This document shows, in pieces, positions 1 through 10,451 of a stretch of DNA of 64,000 nucleotides; positions within the stretch are counted from its first letter, which is position 1; each line of letters starts with the position of its first letter. The DNA comes from a virus. The translations under genes were made by a program, and so were the position numbers. The stretch covers positions 5,250 to 69,249 of IMG/VR virus record IMGVR_UViG_3300023179_008779; one strand, written 5' to 3'. The notes beneath the pieces were generated by a model. The model ran no database searches, was not told the DNA's origin, and worked only from the letters and a program-made list of their open reading frames with translations.

Positions 1-144
1 CATGTTGAATTGCTTGAATTCATCACGACTCAATATCACAATTTTCTTGAAGATGTTTTTTGACAAAGCATTGTCAACAAAGTTGTTACCAAAAGTACCC
101 GTTCCACCTGTGATTAAAACAGTTTTATCGCAATAGTCATTCAT
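1..144 (-). CDS. UDP-GlcNAc 4,6-dehydratase (PseB/FlaA1/CapD-like), 5' part, truncated by window edge
   Basis: Manual translation from ATG at 144: MNDYCDKTVLITGGTGTFGNNFV...IVILSRDEFKQFNM; GGTGxFG Rossmann motif plus the SRDE.KQ motif of the family. Confidence 0.8.
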   Translation of the reverse strand, partial: MNDYCDKTVLITGGTGTFGNNFVDNALSKNIFKKIVILSRDEFKQFNM

Positions 145-1069
145 AGATAATCCGCTGTAAGAAATCAAAAATCACTAGGTCGTCGCATGGATTTGCTAGC
201 TTTTCTTCTAAGGTAATTTCCTTATGTACCAATTTACAGAAATTTTGGTAGTAATCACTTGAAATAGATGTGAAGTTTTCTTTTTGTGGTTTGTAGTATT
301 TTTTTGAATAATCAGGTATGCTAAGATCAATAAATTCTCTATTGAGATGCACTAAATCAGTATAAGCTGATGTTCCAAGTCCAACTGAGAAATTGCTGAT
401 TATGGGTAGAAGTATCGATTCTGTTGGATACCAAAGATCATCGTAGAAAACATTTTCATATCCCTGCACGACGAGCTGATTTTTTAACCTCTGCTTGATG
501 CAAATTTTGTAACCCAAGGACTCAAGTCGTTTTTTGACCAGCTGAAAAATATCTTGTAATCCGCTCTCCGGATAAAAGAGCGTAGAAATCTTCTCAGACA
601 CGGGTACGCCGACAAGTCCAACATTGTCTATATAGAATTTCCAATCCCAAAAAGCTATTGGAGTGGGAGTTACTATTGCGCTTTTACCAAGCTTTTCTAG
701 TTCATTTTTGAAATATTCTTCTGAGACTAGATAAGTCGATTTTGACTTATCATGCAAAACGGTGTAATCAAACCCGTGCTGTATTGAATAACAATTCTCA
801 AAAACAATCCCACCTGTTACATTCTCAATGCAAAACAAGCTTTTTACATGGTCAATCTGTTCTACGTTTTTTACTGTTATGTTGTTGTCTCTGCATATTG
901 AAGCAAATCTACCCTTGTATCGATCGATTGAATTGTACTTGTGCAAATTTGCTTTTGAGTTGTACAGTAGAGGAACATCAACATTCAGCAAACGCTTTGT
1001 AGTTTTTATGAACGGGATAGCATACCTTAGAGAGGTCATATCTTCTACATAAAATGCGCCAATTGTCAT
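137..1069 (-). CDS. Hypothetical protein, possibly a glycosyltransferase-fold polysaccharide biosynthesis protein
   Basis: ORF 137..1117; likely start MTIGAF at 1069 (ATGA overlap with upstream stop); lies in the sugar cluster; no clear motif. Confidence 0.5.
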   Translation of the reverse strand: MTIGAFYVEDMTSLRYAIPFIKTTKRLLNVDVPLLYNSKANLHKYNSIDRYKGRFASICRDNNITVKNVEQIDHVKSLFCIENVTGGIVFENCYSIQHGFDYTVLHDKSKSTYLVSEEYFKNELEKLGKSAIVTPTPIAFWDWKFYIDNVGLVGVPVSEKISTLFYPESGLQDIFQLVKKRLESLGYKICIKQRLKNQLVVQGYENVFYDDLWYPTESILLPIISNFSVGLGTSAYTDLVHLNREFIDLSIPDYSKKYYKPQKENFTSISSDYYQNFCKLVHKEITLEEKLANPCDDLVIFDFLQRIIYE

Positions 1070-1671
1070 TTTTTGATTCCGTTGATAAAGCAATATTTGT
1101 AATGGGGGTTGCCCCACAGTGTAAGATCAAACCTTGAACTGAGTAGATCTATTGCGTTTTTGTAGTTTTTATTTGGCACATGCGAATTGTGGACTTCCAT
1201 CACAAAGCAATTCACAATATCAAAAAAACCTCCCTCAATCAACGAGTATTCTGCACCCTCAATATTGCATTTGACAAAATCTATCTGTGAAAAGATAGAT
1301 TTATAGTCATACACATTTACTGTCTTTTTAGTTGAAGGGCCATAACATCCATCCCTGTCTGAAAATAGATTTCCTGATTGATCGTTGTCATTCTCTAATT
1401 GGAAAAATTCTAATTTTCCACTTTTAGAACCCAAGACTCCGTCGATTAATCTAAGCTTTGCATTGGGATATTTTGATATTAGATTTTTGATGTTGGGTGT
1501 ACAGCGATCCGAAGGTTCGACAAATGTATAAGATGCTTCTGGATAATTGACTCCGAACAGCTCATACCCTTCACCGTATCGTGCACCCAAGTCAACGATC
1601 GATAAAGTAGATCGCCCTTCGTTGATCTTGTTGCATGCATCATAAATGTCTTTGTACATTTCATTTCTCAA
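1066..1671 (-). CDS. FkbM family methyltransferase
   Basis: IVDLGARYG, FVEP and IDFVKCNIEGAE...MEVH motifs. Confidence 0.8.
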   Translation of the reverse strand: MRNEMYKDIYDACNKINEGRSTLSIVDLGARYGEGYELFGVNYPEASYTFVEPSDRCTPNIKNLISKYPNAKLRLIDGVLGSKSGKLEFFQLENDNDQSGNLFSDRDGCYGPSTKKTVNVYDYKSIFSQIDFVKCNIEGAEYSLIEGGFFDIVNCFVMEVHNSHVPNKNYKNAIDLLSSRFDLTLWGNPHYKYCFINGIKK

Positions 1672-2287
1672 ACAGGGTTATCGTATACAACTGTGGAGAC
1701 TCAGGCCAAAGAAATCTATTGATTATCTTTTTGCAATCGTACGTCGTGATTCTAGGTACTTCTTGCCTGACAACGTCGAATAAAGAATCTGAATCTCTGT
1801 ACCCAAACTTGGGATTTTGCTTTACTGCAGACCAAAATTTTTGCACTTCTTGATCTTCAAGAAGGGTATCATTCCAAAAACAAGAATGAAGAAAATTGTC
1901 TTCAAAATATGCCGACTCATGCTCTCCGTCTCTAACCCATCCGACCTTGTAATTCTTGAACCGCCAGTGGTCTCCCAGACCCCAATCAACTAATGAAGAA
2001 CCCTGGGGGTTCAAGTATCTTTTAATCCTCAACACAAAGTCATCAGGATTTTGCGAAAAATAGGCACACCTTGTACAGATTATCAGGTCATAGTTCTGTG
2101 AAAGTTTCCATTCACTATTGATGTCCCAGTTTCCTAAGGTGACATCATAAAAATGCTTTTCATTCGCACGTAGTGTTTGAGTAAAGTAATTCTCTTGCTG
2201 GAATCCCAAGAATGCTATGGAGTTGGCTGCAACACCTTCTAGCGCTGATCTGTATTCTTGAAAAATGTAAGGATCAGATTTCCCCAT
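1661..2287 (-). CDS. Putative class I SAM-dependent methyltransferase-like protein
   Basis: YDLIICTR...F...YLNPQG resembles methyltransferase motifs II/III; motif I is degenerate. Confidence 0.5.
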   Translation of the reverse strand: MGKSDPYIFQEYRSALEGVAANSIAFLGFQQENYFTQTLRANEKHFYDVTLGNWDINSEWKLSQNYDLIICTRCAYFSQNPDDFVLRIKRYLNPQGSSLVDWGLGDHWRFKNYKVGWVRDGEHESAYFEDNFLHSCFWNDTLLEDQEVQKFWSAVKQNPKFGYRDSDSLFDVVRQEVPRITTYDCKKIINRFLWPESPQLYTITLFEK

Positions 2288-2295
2288 TGCATCTG

Positions 2296-2997
2296 TTACA
2301 ATAGTTCTTCAATAAAACAGAATTGTACACGTTGTCTATCAATCCAAGTTATTAATTGGCTAGCAAGGTCTTTGCTCAGATAGTTTTTGTCCCACTCACA
2401 AGCGTGATAAACAATCTCATTTTTTTCAAAGTGAGACAATGGGTCAAAGGGAGGATTGCAAGTGTAATAAACTACGTTGCCGAACGTATCATCAGACTTT
2501 GCATAAGTGCTTTTAGCATACTCCTTGGGCGATAGAGCAAGAGTCCGAATGCCAAAATCTTTTGCTGCTCTGATTGCATCGGGTGACATACGCCAGGCAG
2601 GAGGCCTAAACACAGGCTTGAAAACATCAGTTAATCCCGAATTAGTAATAACCTCAGATATTTGTGAGAATTTATCAAGAGCTTCTTGATAAGTCAGATA
2701 CTGGAATTCATCATTATCTGACTTGCCCGGTATACCATGGTAAAAACCATGCATGCATACCTCGAATGTTTCAGCGGGCAGACTTCTTATCTTGTTGCAA
2801 AATTCAGGAAATTTGTCAATCATCAATGGGTGCGGGGTTGCGATTCCGGGTCTAGTCGTCCGCCAGTATGCCACAGGTACAAACAACGATATTTTTACAT
2901 CAGGAAATGCTTCAATTATTGGAGCGCAATTGTCTAATACTTTGGTCGAAGAAAACGGGTGAGGTGTTACATCATCAATGCTGATATTGAGTTTCAC
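2296..2997 (-). CDS. Polysaccharide deacetylase (NodB/DUF2334-like)
   Basis: ISIDDV, EVCMHGFYH and FRPPAW motifs. Confidence 0.8.
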   Translation of the reverse strand: MKLNISIDDVTPHPFSSTKVLDNCAPIIEAFPDVKISLFVPVAYWRTTRPGIATPHPLMIDKFPEFCNKIRSLPAETFEVCMHGFYHGIPGKSDNDEFQYLTYQEALDKFSQISEVITNSGLTDVFKPVFRPPAWRMSPDAIRAAKDFGIRTLALSPKEYAKSTYAKSDDTFGNVVYYTCNPPFDPLSHFEKNEIVYHACEWDKNYLSKDLASQLITWIDRQRVQFCFIEELL

Positions 2998-3887
2998 TGC
3001 ATCGTCTCCATCAGGTTAACGTATTCTCTAGCTGCATCAAGTGACGTACGAGTAAGAGGCAATACCTGCAGAGGAATATTCCCCTCGCTGATTATCGTCA
3101 ATGCTTCCTCTGGTGTTGAATACTGGGCACCTCGACCTTTGCAGTATTCTGGGATGCTTCCACCATCTTTATGAAACAAGACGGGTAGTCCCAAGCCCAT
3201 TGCTTCAAGCACATGGTTTGCCCCAGCTTCAAACAAAGAAGCCGTGAAGTAAACGTCGTGTTTTGGTAGCTCTTTCACCAGCCCGCAAACATCGAGCGGA
3301 TTGATGTGGTTTGTGATCTGAAGGTCAATCGGTTTTCTTCCTATGAAAGTAAAAGAGAATCTGCCGTTGCTCTTGTTGCAGAGATCATCTAAACGCTTGT
3401 ATGTGTCAAACCCCTTCATCATGTTGTCAGACCAGTGATGTGTGACTATCTTGACGGTGCCATTACTCTCGGAGACGGGCTTAGGGCTTATGAAATCAGG
3501 TAGTGGAGCGTTGTGTATGACTATACCGTCGGGTCTAGTACCCAGACTTTCTTTGGCCCATGTGCTTGGAAAAACTACTGTATTCGATTCAAGAGCTAAT
3601 TCTTTTTGCAGCGTGAACAGTTCAGGTTTTCCGTGTGTCCCAAGATCACCGACTCGCTGTAGAATTCTGACACCCTTCTTTTTAGCTCTAATCAAGTCCG
3701 TATGTGATCCGTACTGAGTCGGCCGAGGGTCCATACAAAAAATGGTGTCGACATCAAAGAACGAAACTTCATTCTCAAAATAGACTTTGTGCCCCCTGCT
3801 AATACATTCATTGACTATTGAAGTCAGCATCTTTGACCCACCACCCCACGGTCCCTCTACGGGTTTTCTATTGAAATAGATCTTCAA
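2994..3887 (-). CDS. Glycosyltransferase, GT4 / GT-B
   Basis: GPWGGG N-terminus; SLFEAGANHVLEAMGLGLPV (E-x7-E). Confidence 0.85.
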   Translation of the reverse strand: MKIYFNRKPVEGPWGGGSKMLTSIVNECISRGHKVYFENEVSFFDVDTIFCMDPRPTQYGSHTDLIRAKKKGVRILQRVGDLGTHGKPELFTLQKELALESNTVVFPSTWAKESLGTRPDGIVIHNAPLPDFISPKPVSESNGTVKIVTHHWSDNMMKGFDTYKRLDDLCNKSNGRFSFTFIGRKPIDLQITNHINPLDVCGLVKELPKHDVYFTASLFEAGANHVLEAMGLGLPVLFHKDGGSIPEYCKGRGAQYSTPEEALTIISEGNIPLQVLPLTRTSLDAAREYVNLMETMQ

Positions 3888-4789
3888 GGTAACGTCTCCA
3901 AAAAGCGTCTATATCTCTGAAAGCTAGCGGGTATCTTTAGCAATTCCACTGAAGGGACGTTGGGTACTGCTAATTCCACATCGTCATTTATCGATTCACT
4001 GGGTAGAACATATGGTGCAATTCCAACGTTCCTTGACACAACAGGCACATCTAACAACCCACACTCGATCAGTGCTTGAGGACCACCTTCATACCTGGCT
4101 GTGACAGGATACAGGTCTAAAGTTTGATATAGTTCGTTTAGAGTGTGCTGATCAGGAAGTTCAAAATACGAGAAATTAACTGAGTTTTCTTTCAACCGTG
4201 AGATGACATATTGACGGCGCCAACCCGCCAGCACAACGTGTAAGTTATGACCTCCTAGTTTGTTATGCAGTTTTGTAACATAATCCGCGAATAAGTCCGG
4301 ACCCTTTTCAAGCTTAGGTGTCTTTAGATCAAATCCTTCGGTGTCTCTTTGAAAGGACCCAACAATGTACGCTCTTAGCGGAAGTCTGTACTTGTTTCGT
4401 AGTGTAGTTTTATCTGACGTTTTTTTCCACACGTCTTGATTAGCCCAATATTGCAATATTTGAATGGGTTTTTTAGATATTGACCTTACAAAATCGTAAG
4501 TGACTTGATTGTATACGTGATACGCTGTTACAAACTTATCTCTTTCGATGAAGTCAGCAAGCTTTAGATTATCAAACTTTTCGGGCACAACGTGGTGCAC
4601 CGTGACGACTACTTTCTTCTTTGATAACAACGCTGGTGATAGTTTTCTCCAACACCATCCCGCAAGGATCCATATCACGTCGGCTTCTTCGGGTACAAAA
4701 GTGGTAATATCACTATTACTTTCGGCCCACTCTTTGACGAATCGATCAACTACCCAGTCTTCATGTGCGGGAAGAACATAGACCTTCAT
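3884..4789 (-). CDS. Glycosyltransferase, GT4 / GT-B
   Basis: EKGPD; ARYEGGPQALIECGLLDVPVVSRNVG (E-x7-E). Confidence 0.85.
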   Translation of the reverse strand: MKVYVLPAHEDWVVDRFVKEWAESNSDITTFVPEEADVIWILAGWCWRKLSPALLSKKKVVVTVHHVVPEKFDNLKLADFIERDKFVTAYHVYNQVTYDFVRSISKKPIQILQYWANQDVWKKTSDKTTLRNKYRLPLRAYIVGSFQRDTEGFDLKTPKLEKGPDLFADYVTKLHNKLGGHNLHVVLAGWRRQYVISRLKENSVNFSYFELPDQHTLNELYQTLDLYPVTARYEGGPQALIECGLLDVPVVSRNVGIAPYVLPSESINDDVELAVPNVPSVELLKIPASFQRYRRFLETLP

Positions 4790-5157
4790 GACCTTTTCTT
4801 CACGGTGTGGACGAATATGGGTGCAAATGCTGTACCATTAAACATAGTTGCCAACATAGCAATTTCTCTAGTTTCGATATTTTCTAATTTTGCTCTCTTA
4901 TCAAATACGTTGGGATCAAGCTCTTGGGAATTTCCGTTATTGTCTCTTATGTTTATTGAATCGTAATACATCTGAGACACTAGATTCAATGCTTCATTCG
5001 AGAGATTTGCCTGTGTTTCTTGAAACACCTCTACTAAGCACTCAAAAATATCACGATAGATAGTCGTGCAAGTTTCTTTGTTGAGCCGACTGCCGTTGTG
5101 CTTCTCTAGTCTCTTGACGAGTAGTTGGCTTAGAGAATCATGGATCTGTTTCTTCAT
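4786..5157 (-). CDS. Hypothetical protein
   Basis: 123 aa ORF overlapping its neighbours in an operon-like arrangement. Confidence 0.6.
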   Translation of the reverse strand: MKKQIHDSLSQLLVKRLEKHNGSRLNKETCTTIYRDIFECLVEVFQETQANLSNEALNLVSQMYYDSINIRDNNGNSQELDPNVFDKRAKLENIETREIAMLATMFNGTAFAPIFVHTVKKRS

Positions 5158-6061
5158 TATTTCCTCTTACCATTGACTCGATAGCATCAACGTATCTCAA
5201 TGCTACTTGTCCAATGTCTATGCTGGATTCTATCTTATTCAAAAAAGAGTCAGCTGGGTTGAGCAGTGGTGGTGAATAAAGGTCAAGTGGTCTAAGATCC
5301 CACTCCGCGTCTTTTACGACGATTGCATTTGGACCTGCAATTTCTCGAGTCCCACCCGATCCTGCAACAACGATTTCACATCCTGAAGCTCGAGCGTCGA
5401 CTACTACGTTGGGACAATGGTCTAGAAAAGCTAGGTGTATGAATTTCTTGCATCTTTTGTAGATCGATATGCAAGTCTCCCACGACTGTTTTCCGACGTA
5501 TAGTATGTTTGGATCGTTGATTACGTAATCTGGGTTTTCACCCAAGACAATAAGACCTGCAGAGGCAGGTCGCATTTCTAAGAAGTATTCAACGTTAGAC
5601 TTTAGGCGTTTGTGTGGACGCCAAGAAGAAGAACAGCACCAGATTTCGCTAAACGAGTCTAGCCTTGTATGTTGTATCTTTTCAATCCTGCTGATGTCAT
5701 CTAGCGACGTTCCATTGCCTATCACTACTGACTTCTTCGATGATCCAAAGTATTTTTCTGTCAACCTCTTGTTGAAATTAGACTGATAAATGACTAGATC
5801 GGCTAAGTCATGCGAAGCTTTGATTGGAGTGTTCATGGCATTCCAATCCTGTCGTGTATTGAAATAGATGCCGTCTAGGCGAAGTGCTATCTTAGAAGCT
5901 AAGCGTCGATTGATTGATATGAATGACAACTGTGCATCGGGTTCTTTGAGTTCAACTGATGCTTCATGTCCCTGCCTCTGAAGCTCATTCATCAATTTTC
6001 TGCCAAAAGAGTTGGGTCCTGATGACGAACCTGGGTTGACATTGTCAAATAAAACTTTCAA
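5138..6061 (-). CDS. Glycosyltransferase, GT4-like
   Basis: SGPNSF, WRPHKRL, DHCPNVVVDARASGC (D-x7-D variant of the GT4 motif). Confidence 0.75.
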   Translation of the reverse strand: MKVLFDNVNPGSSSGPNSFGRKLMNELQRQGHEASVELKEPDAQLSFISINRRLASKIALRLDGIYFNTRQDWNAMNTPIKASHDLADLVIYQSNFNKRLTEKYFGSSKKSVVIGNGTSLDDISRIEKIQHTRLDSFSEIWCCSSSWRPHKRLKSNVEYFLEMRPASAGLIVLGENPDYVINDPNILYVGKQSWETCISIYKRCKKFIHLAFLDHCPNVVVDARASGCEIVVAGSGGTREIAGPNAIVVKDAEWDLRPLDLYSPPLLNPADSFLNKIESSIDIGQVALRYVDAIESMVRGNNEETDP

Positions 6062-6801
6062 CTGACAAACCCTCGTGCTCTTATTCTTTCTGCAGACATC
6101 TTTTGTCTGACTGACCTCTCACTAGTAAACAAATTCTTGTTTGTTAGATCAATGTTGTAGTGATACCCAACAATGGGTATAAATTGAAGCTTTTTTCCGT
6201 CTTGATTTGCAAGGTGCATCATTGGAAGAAAGACAGCTTGATCACAAGCAATCATGATGTAATTTCCATCGTCATCTTTGAAATTAGCTTCTGGGACCCT
6301 CTTTAGATGCTTACACCTAAAAGTCTTAAGATGAGAAGACACCCACGGGTGTTGGTACACCGTCTGGTTAGGTGAGAGATTCATGGGTCCTGATATGTTC
6401 TGAGTTGTGTACGACCACCGGTGGGCTGTCCATGCAATTGCCACATCAGGATCTTCGTATACACTATTGATAATATACAACAAGTCATTTTCTGTCAACC
6501 AGTCACCGCCGTCGAGCCGACATACAACATCATTGTCATCAATATTGCGTACAGTCTTTATTGTATTTCGCACTTCACCGTGCTTCTCTGTATTGTCGAC
6601 AAGCAAAAACTTACACTGTAGTTGAGGCGGTAACGATTCTACTGTTTCTTTGACGACAAGTTGAGTTTTATCGGTTGACATATCATTGATAAGAACTACT
6701 CTCCAGTCGTCATAAGACTGTGAAATGATTGAATATATCGTTTTTCTTATGTCTTCTTCACAGTTGAAGTATGGGATTATAAAGACAAACTTGTTTTTCA
6801 T
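6058..6801 (-). CDS. Glycosyltransferase family 2
   Basis: Start MKNKFVFIIPYFN at 6801; INDMSTD and LDGGDWL motifs. Confidence 0.85.
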   Translation of the reverse strand: MKNKFVFIIPYFNCEEDIRKTIYSIISQSYDDWRVVLINDMSTDKTQLVVKETVESLPPQLQCKFLLVDNTEKHGEVRNTIKTVRNIDDNDVVCRLDGGDWLTENDLLYIINSVYEDPDVAIAWTAHRWSYTTQNISGPMNLSPNQTVYQHPWVSSHLKTFRCKHLKRVPEANFKDDDGNYIMIACDQAVFLPMMHLANQDGKKLQFIPIVGYHYNIDLTNKNLFTSERSVRQKMSAERIRARGFVS

Positions 6802-8711
6802 GAGAGCTTTGGTTCGCCTCTCTTTACTTCGATGTGTGGCAATCTCTGTCCCTTCCATTTTCTATGCCAAATCCACCCACCCGTACCTTGTTTTATCTCT
6901 TCAGCTCTCTTCTCGATCATCTCATCTGTTACTTCACTCCATGGGACGTCAAAGAACATGTTGTTTTCTGCGGTATCTTCGACCTTCTTATCATAAAGCG
7001 ATAACCAATGCTTGGTCCAATACCCCTTATATGTCTTGATCTTTCTTGGCATGTTGTACCAAGAATAGTGGTGAACCCCAGGGATGTTGTCGACTACGTT
7101 ATTGAACCATTCACTGTATGCTCTTAGAGCGTCTGCATTCCCTTGAAGAGCAGCTTGTCGTGCATTTTCAGCGTCTTGATTGTGGAAGGTGACATGTGGC
7201 AATCTTTCTCCAGTTGCTGAATGAATCATGTCACATCCATCGGTACCCTCCAAAGCGTAAAGATTTCCCTCTGAATCAGTCTTTCGAAGCTCTTTTGGAA
7301 TTCCATGCGTAATGTGTGGTGCATTTCGTGATAACCTCCACTTCCACGGTTGGATATCACATCTTACTTTTTCAGGGCCACCCCAATATTCGATGACGGG
7401 AAGAGAGATTATGTCAGCACCGGTGGGCATCTTGGCTGCCAGATCAACAATCTTAGTTGCATCGATCTCATGTACAATTTCGTCTGAGTCCATCTGCCAG
7501 CAGAAGTCACCCGTGCACATCTTGCGTGCCTCTGCCTTCTGCATCCCATCGAATACCGCAAACCTCGGATGATTCCAGTCCCTCTCTACCCTCTTCACCT
7601 TCACCTTGCCGGATGACTCATCAGCGAGGGCCTGCAACTTTTCAAGTGTTCCATCCGTGCTCCCGCCGTCGACCACACATACTTCACTGCAGAATTGAAG
7701 CATGCTTCGGATGCTCACCTCGAAGGGATAACCCTGAGACACACAGTTGTAGGTGGTGGTGTAGCCGGAGATGCTGGGCTTGTATTCCATTATTGCTCTA
7801 ATTCCCTTCCAAAAAAGTCCGGGTGCAGAGAAGAGATAATCATGAATATCATCGAGATTGTCCGTGGCAAACCACTCCTCAGATGCATGCTGGACATTAT
7901 CATTGAGGTGCATCTTACAGCCCAATAGCTTGGCCTCAATTACCATCCTTGGGCATGTATCTGCGCCGGCAGGAAGATAAACAAATCCCTCTGCATGCGC
8001 CATCTTCTCAAGAACCTGATCGTATGGAAGATCCCAGACAACCTCGTACTTCTTTCCTTCGGCCTCGCACCAAGCCTTCGCAGCCTCAAATCCCTTGACC
8101 CAAGACTGAGAGCCAAGAACAATCCAACCCTGGCGAGGTGTGGAGGAGGTCTCAGCTTGGCCACGAAGCCACTTCAGAAGGCCCAGGGTTTTCTTTGAAA
8201 ACACCGATGATAGGACCACGTTGTCTTTTTCTGCCAAAAACGGGAATAGGCTGTGGTACCTCTGCTTTTGTCCCTCTGACATCCACCACAGTGAAGTTGC
8301 ACCGTAGTAGAAAGCAGAAACAAGCTTTCCTGTCATCTGTTCGTGGCAGTCACATGGAGAACCCGTGGCTGCAGTATGCTTTTCTGGGGATCTGAACTTA
8401 CAGTACTTGTAATCATATTCAAGAATGGCATACTTCAGATTGGCCACAATCGATGGGATCAGCTCTGGGTTGAGCTGAGCAAAATTTCCAAAGACCCAAA
8501 ATTTGTCCTTGCCCTGTGAGAGTGCAGATAGATTCACGTCTTTTGAATGAATTTTCTGGACTATGAAGGGTGCCTCCTCAACCAGGGCTTCGGTTGTAAG
8601 CTCTGCTCCGCCCGAATAATCATTGGCAAACAGATCTGCTACAAACACTATCTGTGTTTGACTATCAATCAGTTTTCGGGGATCAACAAATACTTGTTCT
8701 TTAAGATTCAT
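6798..8711 (-). CDS. Two-domain glycosyltransferase (GT-B-like plus GT2)
   Basis: N-half GGAE...DTCPRMVIEAKLLGC; C-half VVDGGSTDGT...QMDSDE. Confidence 0.8.
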   Translation of the reverse strand: MNLKEQVFVDPRKLIDSQTQIVFVADLFANDYSGGAELTTEALVEEAPFIVQKIHSKDVNLSALSQGKDKFWVFGNFAQLNPELIPSIVANLKYAILEYDYKYCKFRSPEKHTAATGSPCDCHEQMTGKLVSAFYYGATSLWWMSEGQKQRYHSLFPFLAEKDNVVLSSVFSKKTLGLLKWLRGQAETSSTPRQGWIVLGSQSWVKGFEAAKAWCEAEGKKYEVVWDLPYDQVLEKMAHAEGFVYLPAGADTCPRMVIEAKLLGCKMHLNDNVQHASEEWFATDNLDDIHDYLFSAPGLFWKGIRAIMEYKPSISGYTTTYNCVSQGYPFEVSIRSMLQFCSEVCVVDGGSTDGTLEKLQALADESSGKVKVKRVERDWNHPRFAVFDGMQKAEARKMCTGDFCWQMDSDEIVHEIDATKIVDLAAKMPTGADIISLPVIEYWGGPEKVRCDIQPWKWRLSRNAPHITHGIPKELRKTDSEGNLYALEGTDGCDMIHSATGERLPHVTFHNQDAENARQAALQGNADALRAYSEWFNNVVDNIPGVHHYSWYNMPRKIKTYKGYWTKHWLSLYDKKVEDTAENNMFFDVPWSEVTDEMIEKRAEEIKQGTGGWIWHRKWKGQRLPHIEVKRGEPKLS

Positions 8712-8768
8712 GTTTAAATTTTTCAGCTATTTAAGAACAGAATCTACAGTTAACAAAGGCAGCTGTAC

Positions 8769-9272
8769 ATGAAAAAAGTTGTGTCAAAGCTAAAAACTAC
8801 CCAGCAGCCAAAAACTGACGTCCTTGATGACATCCATAAAAAAATCCATAACAGCGCGGCTCTCAATGGTGGATTCGATGCTTTGATCCACAAGATTGAC
8901 AAGATAGAACACGGACAAGGCCAGCTTGTCAGCAAAGTCGATAAGATTCACGATGCAATCTATGATCCCAACGACGGTATTTTTTCTAGACTCAACGATT
9001 ACAAAATAGAAAATTCAGAAAAATTTGCTGAAATATCGCAACACATGTCTGAAATTAACGAATGGAAGAAACATCGTGAACGTGAGGATGTAAAAAATGA
9101 TGAATCGTTTGATGAGTCAAATGAAAAAGTCATACATCTTGAAAAATCCGTTGACTCATTAGTGAAAAGCAAGACAGCAACTTGGGCGTTCGTGAAGTGG
9201 ATCTTAATAGCCATTGGCGGCGCAACAGTCACATTGCTGTTCAATTGGATCGAAACCAAGCTGCATCCTTAA
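8769..9272 (+). CDS. Coiled-coil protein with C-terminal transmembrane helix (holin/XhlA-like topology)
   Basis: Heptad-rich body ending WAFVKWILIAIGGATVTLLFNWI. Confidence 0.55.
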   Translation: MKKVVSKLKTTQQPKTDVLDDIHKKIHNSAALNGGFDALIHKIDKIEHGQGQLVSKVDKIHDAIYDPNDGIFSRLNDYKIENSEKFAEISQHMSEINEWKKHREREDVKNDESFDESNEKVIHLEKSVDSLVKSKTATWAFVKWILIAIGGATVTLLFNWIETKLHP

Positions 9273-9304
9273 ACAACTGTCAAATGCTAGCTTAAAATAG
9301 CTTT

Positions 9305-10423
9305 GTGACTCCGCTACAAGAAGTAAAAAAGATTATTTCTGAAAATTTGAATGTCCATTCTTCTCTTAAAGAAGAGAAGGGGTCTAATCATTTTTTAAGT
9401 GGATTACAGCACTTTATTTCGCATAGACCTTCTACAAAAGCTCTAAAGCTATATGAACTAGTATTGACTAGTGCGTTATCAGCAGAACAATCTGCTCCAA
9501 ATGCTGGTATTGTTATGCTGCAGAAATTCGTGGGGGTGTCTAATAAACAACTTCTGCGACCTGTCTACAAGTCTGATATCGTTGATGGATTGCAACAATA
9601 TTCTTTTGATAAAGACGTCAATGAGTTACTTTTATGTGCCTTAGAATATAGTGCAAGCAATACAAACATTGCTATCAAAAAGTCAACTTCTAAAAAACAG
9701 TATGTAGAGATAGTTGATGGGTACAGATTTGAACTGAAGTGTCAACTTCCGCTTGAGAAAACAATTGCAATTAATAATTGCAAGTTGGTCAGCATTGATG
9801 GTTACGTCGAGTCTGTTTCTGAAATTCATCACTTGCTTGAAAGAGCAAGTGATAACAAAGATGCCATAGTGCTAGCGTGCCGTGGATTTAGTAATGATGT
9901 GCTACACACGCTAAAAATCAATCTAGATCGTAAGACTTTGCTGGTCTACCCGTACTATTCAAGTTTTGATGCTGAGTCTGCTAACACTCTTGTAGATTTA
10001 GCAATCATTGCTGGGTCTGACCTGGTGTCATCTTTACGAGGTGATCTCATATCTTCAATCAATCTAGATTCTTATCTGAAGCTGGAAGAGTGCATACTTT
10101 CAAGTGACGGAATCAGAATACGGAACAGGAATTCAAGCACACGAGCCGCTAAGCATGTGCTTGAGTTGAAAAAAAGAATTGTTGAAAGACCCGAGTTGGA
10201 TTCATATCTGAGCAAGAGAATTGCAACGTTAACAGCGCAGTGTATTGATATCGGTGTGCCTCAAGATATGTTTTATTACTCCAAGTCACTTCAATTAGAC
10301 ATGGGAATTAGATATATTTCTGCAGCTCTGAACGGAAGATCTTCAGTCGAAGATGCCGCTTCAACCGCCTACAAGAGCCTGCTGTCACTAATTGACTCTC
10401 TAGACATCCAGACTTTTACTTGA
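9305..10423 (+). CDS. Degenerate chaperonin GroEL/Cpn60-like protein
   Basis: IDGYVESVSEIHHLLE...LACRGFSNDVLHTLKINL...LVDLAIIAGS...LSKRIATL parallels the GroEL apical domain; no GDGTT motif. Confidence 0.55.
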   Translation: MTPLQEVKKIISENLNVHSSLKEEKGSNHFLSGLQHFISHRPSTKALKLYELVLTSALSAEQSAPNAGIVMLQKFVGVSNKQLLRPVYKSDIVDGLQQYSFDKDVNELLLCALEYSASNTNIAIKKSTSKKQYVEIVDGYRFELKCQLPLEKTIAINNCKLVSIDGYVESVSEIHHLLERASDNKDAIVLACRGFSNDVLHTLKINLDRKTLLVYPYYSSFDAESANTLVDLAIIAGSDLVSSLRGDLISSINLDSYLKLEECILSSDGIRIRNRNSSTRAAKHVLELKKRIVERPELDSYLSKRIATLTAQCIDIGVPQDMFYYSKSLQLDMGIRYISAALNGRSSVEDAASTAYKSLLSLIDSLDIQTFT

Positions 10424-10451
10424 ATCTGAAATTTGTTATGTTCTTTCTATC

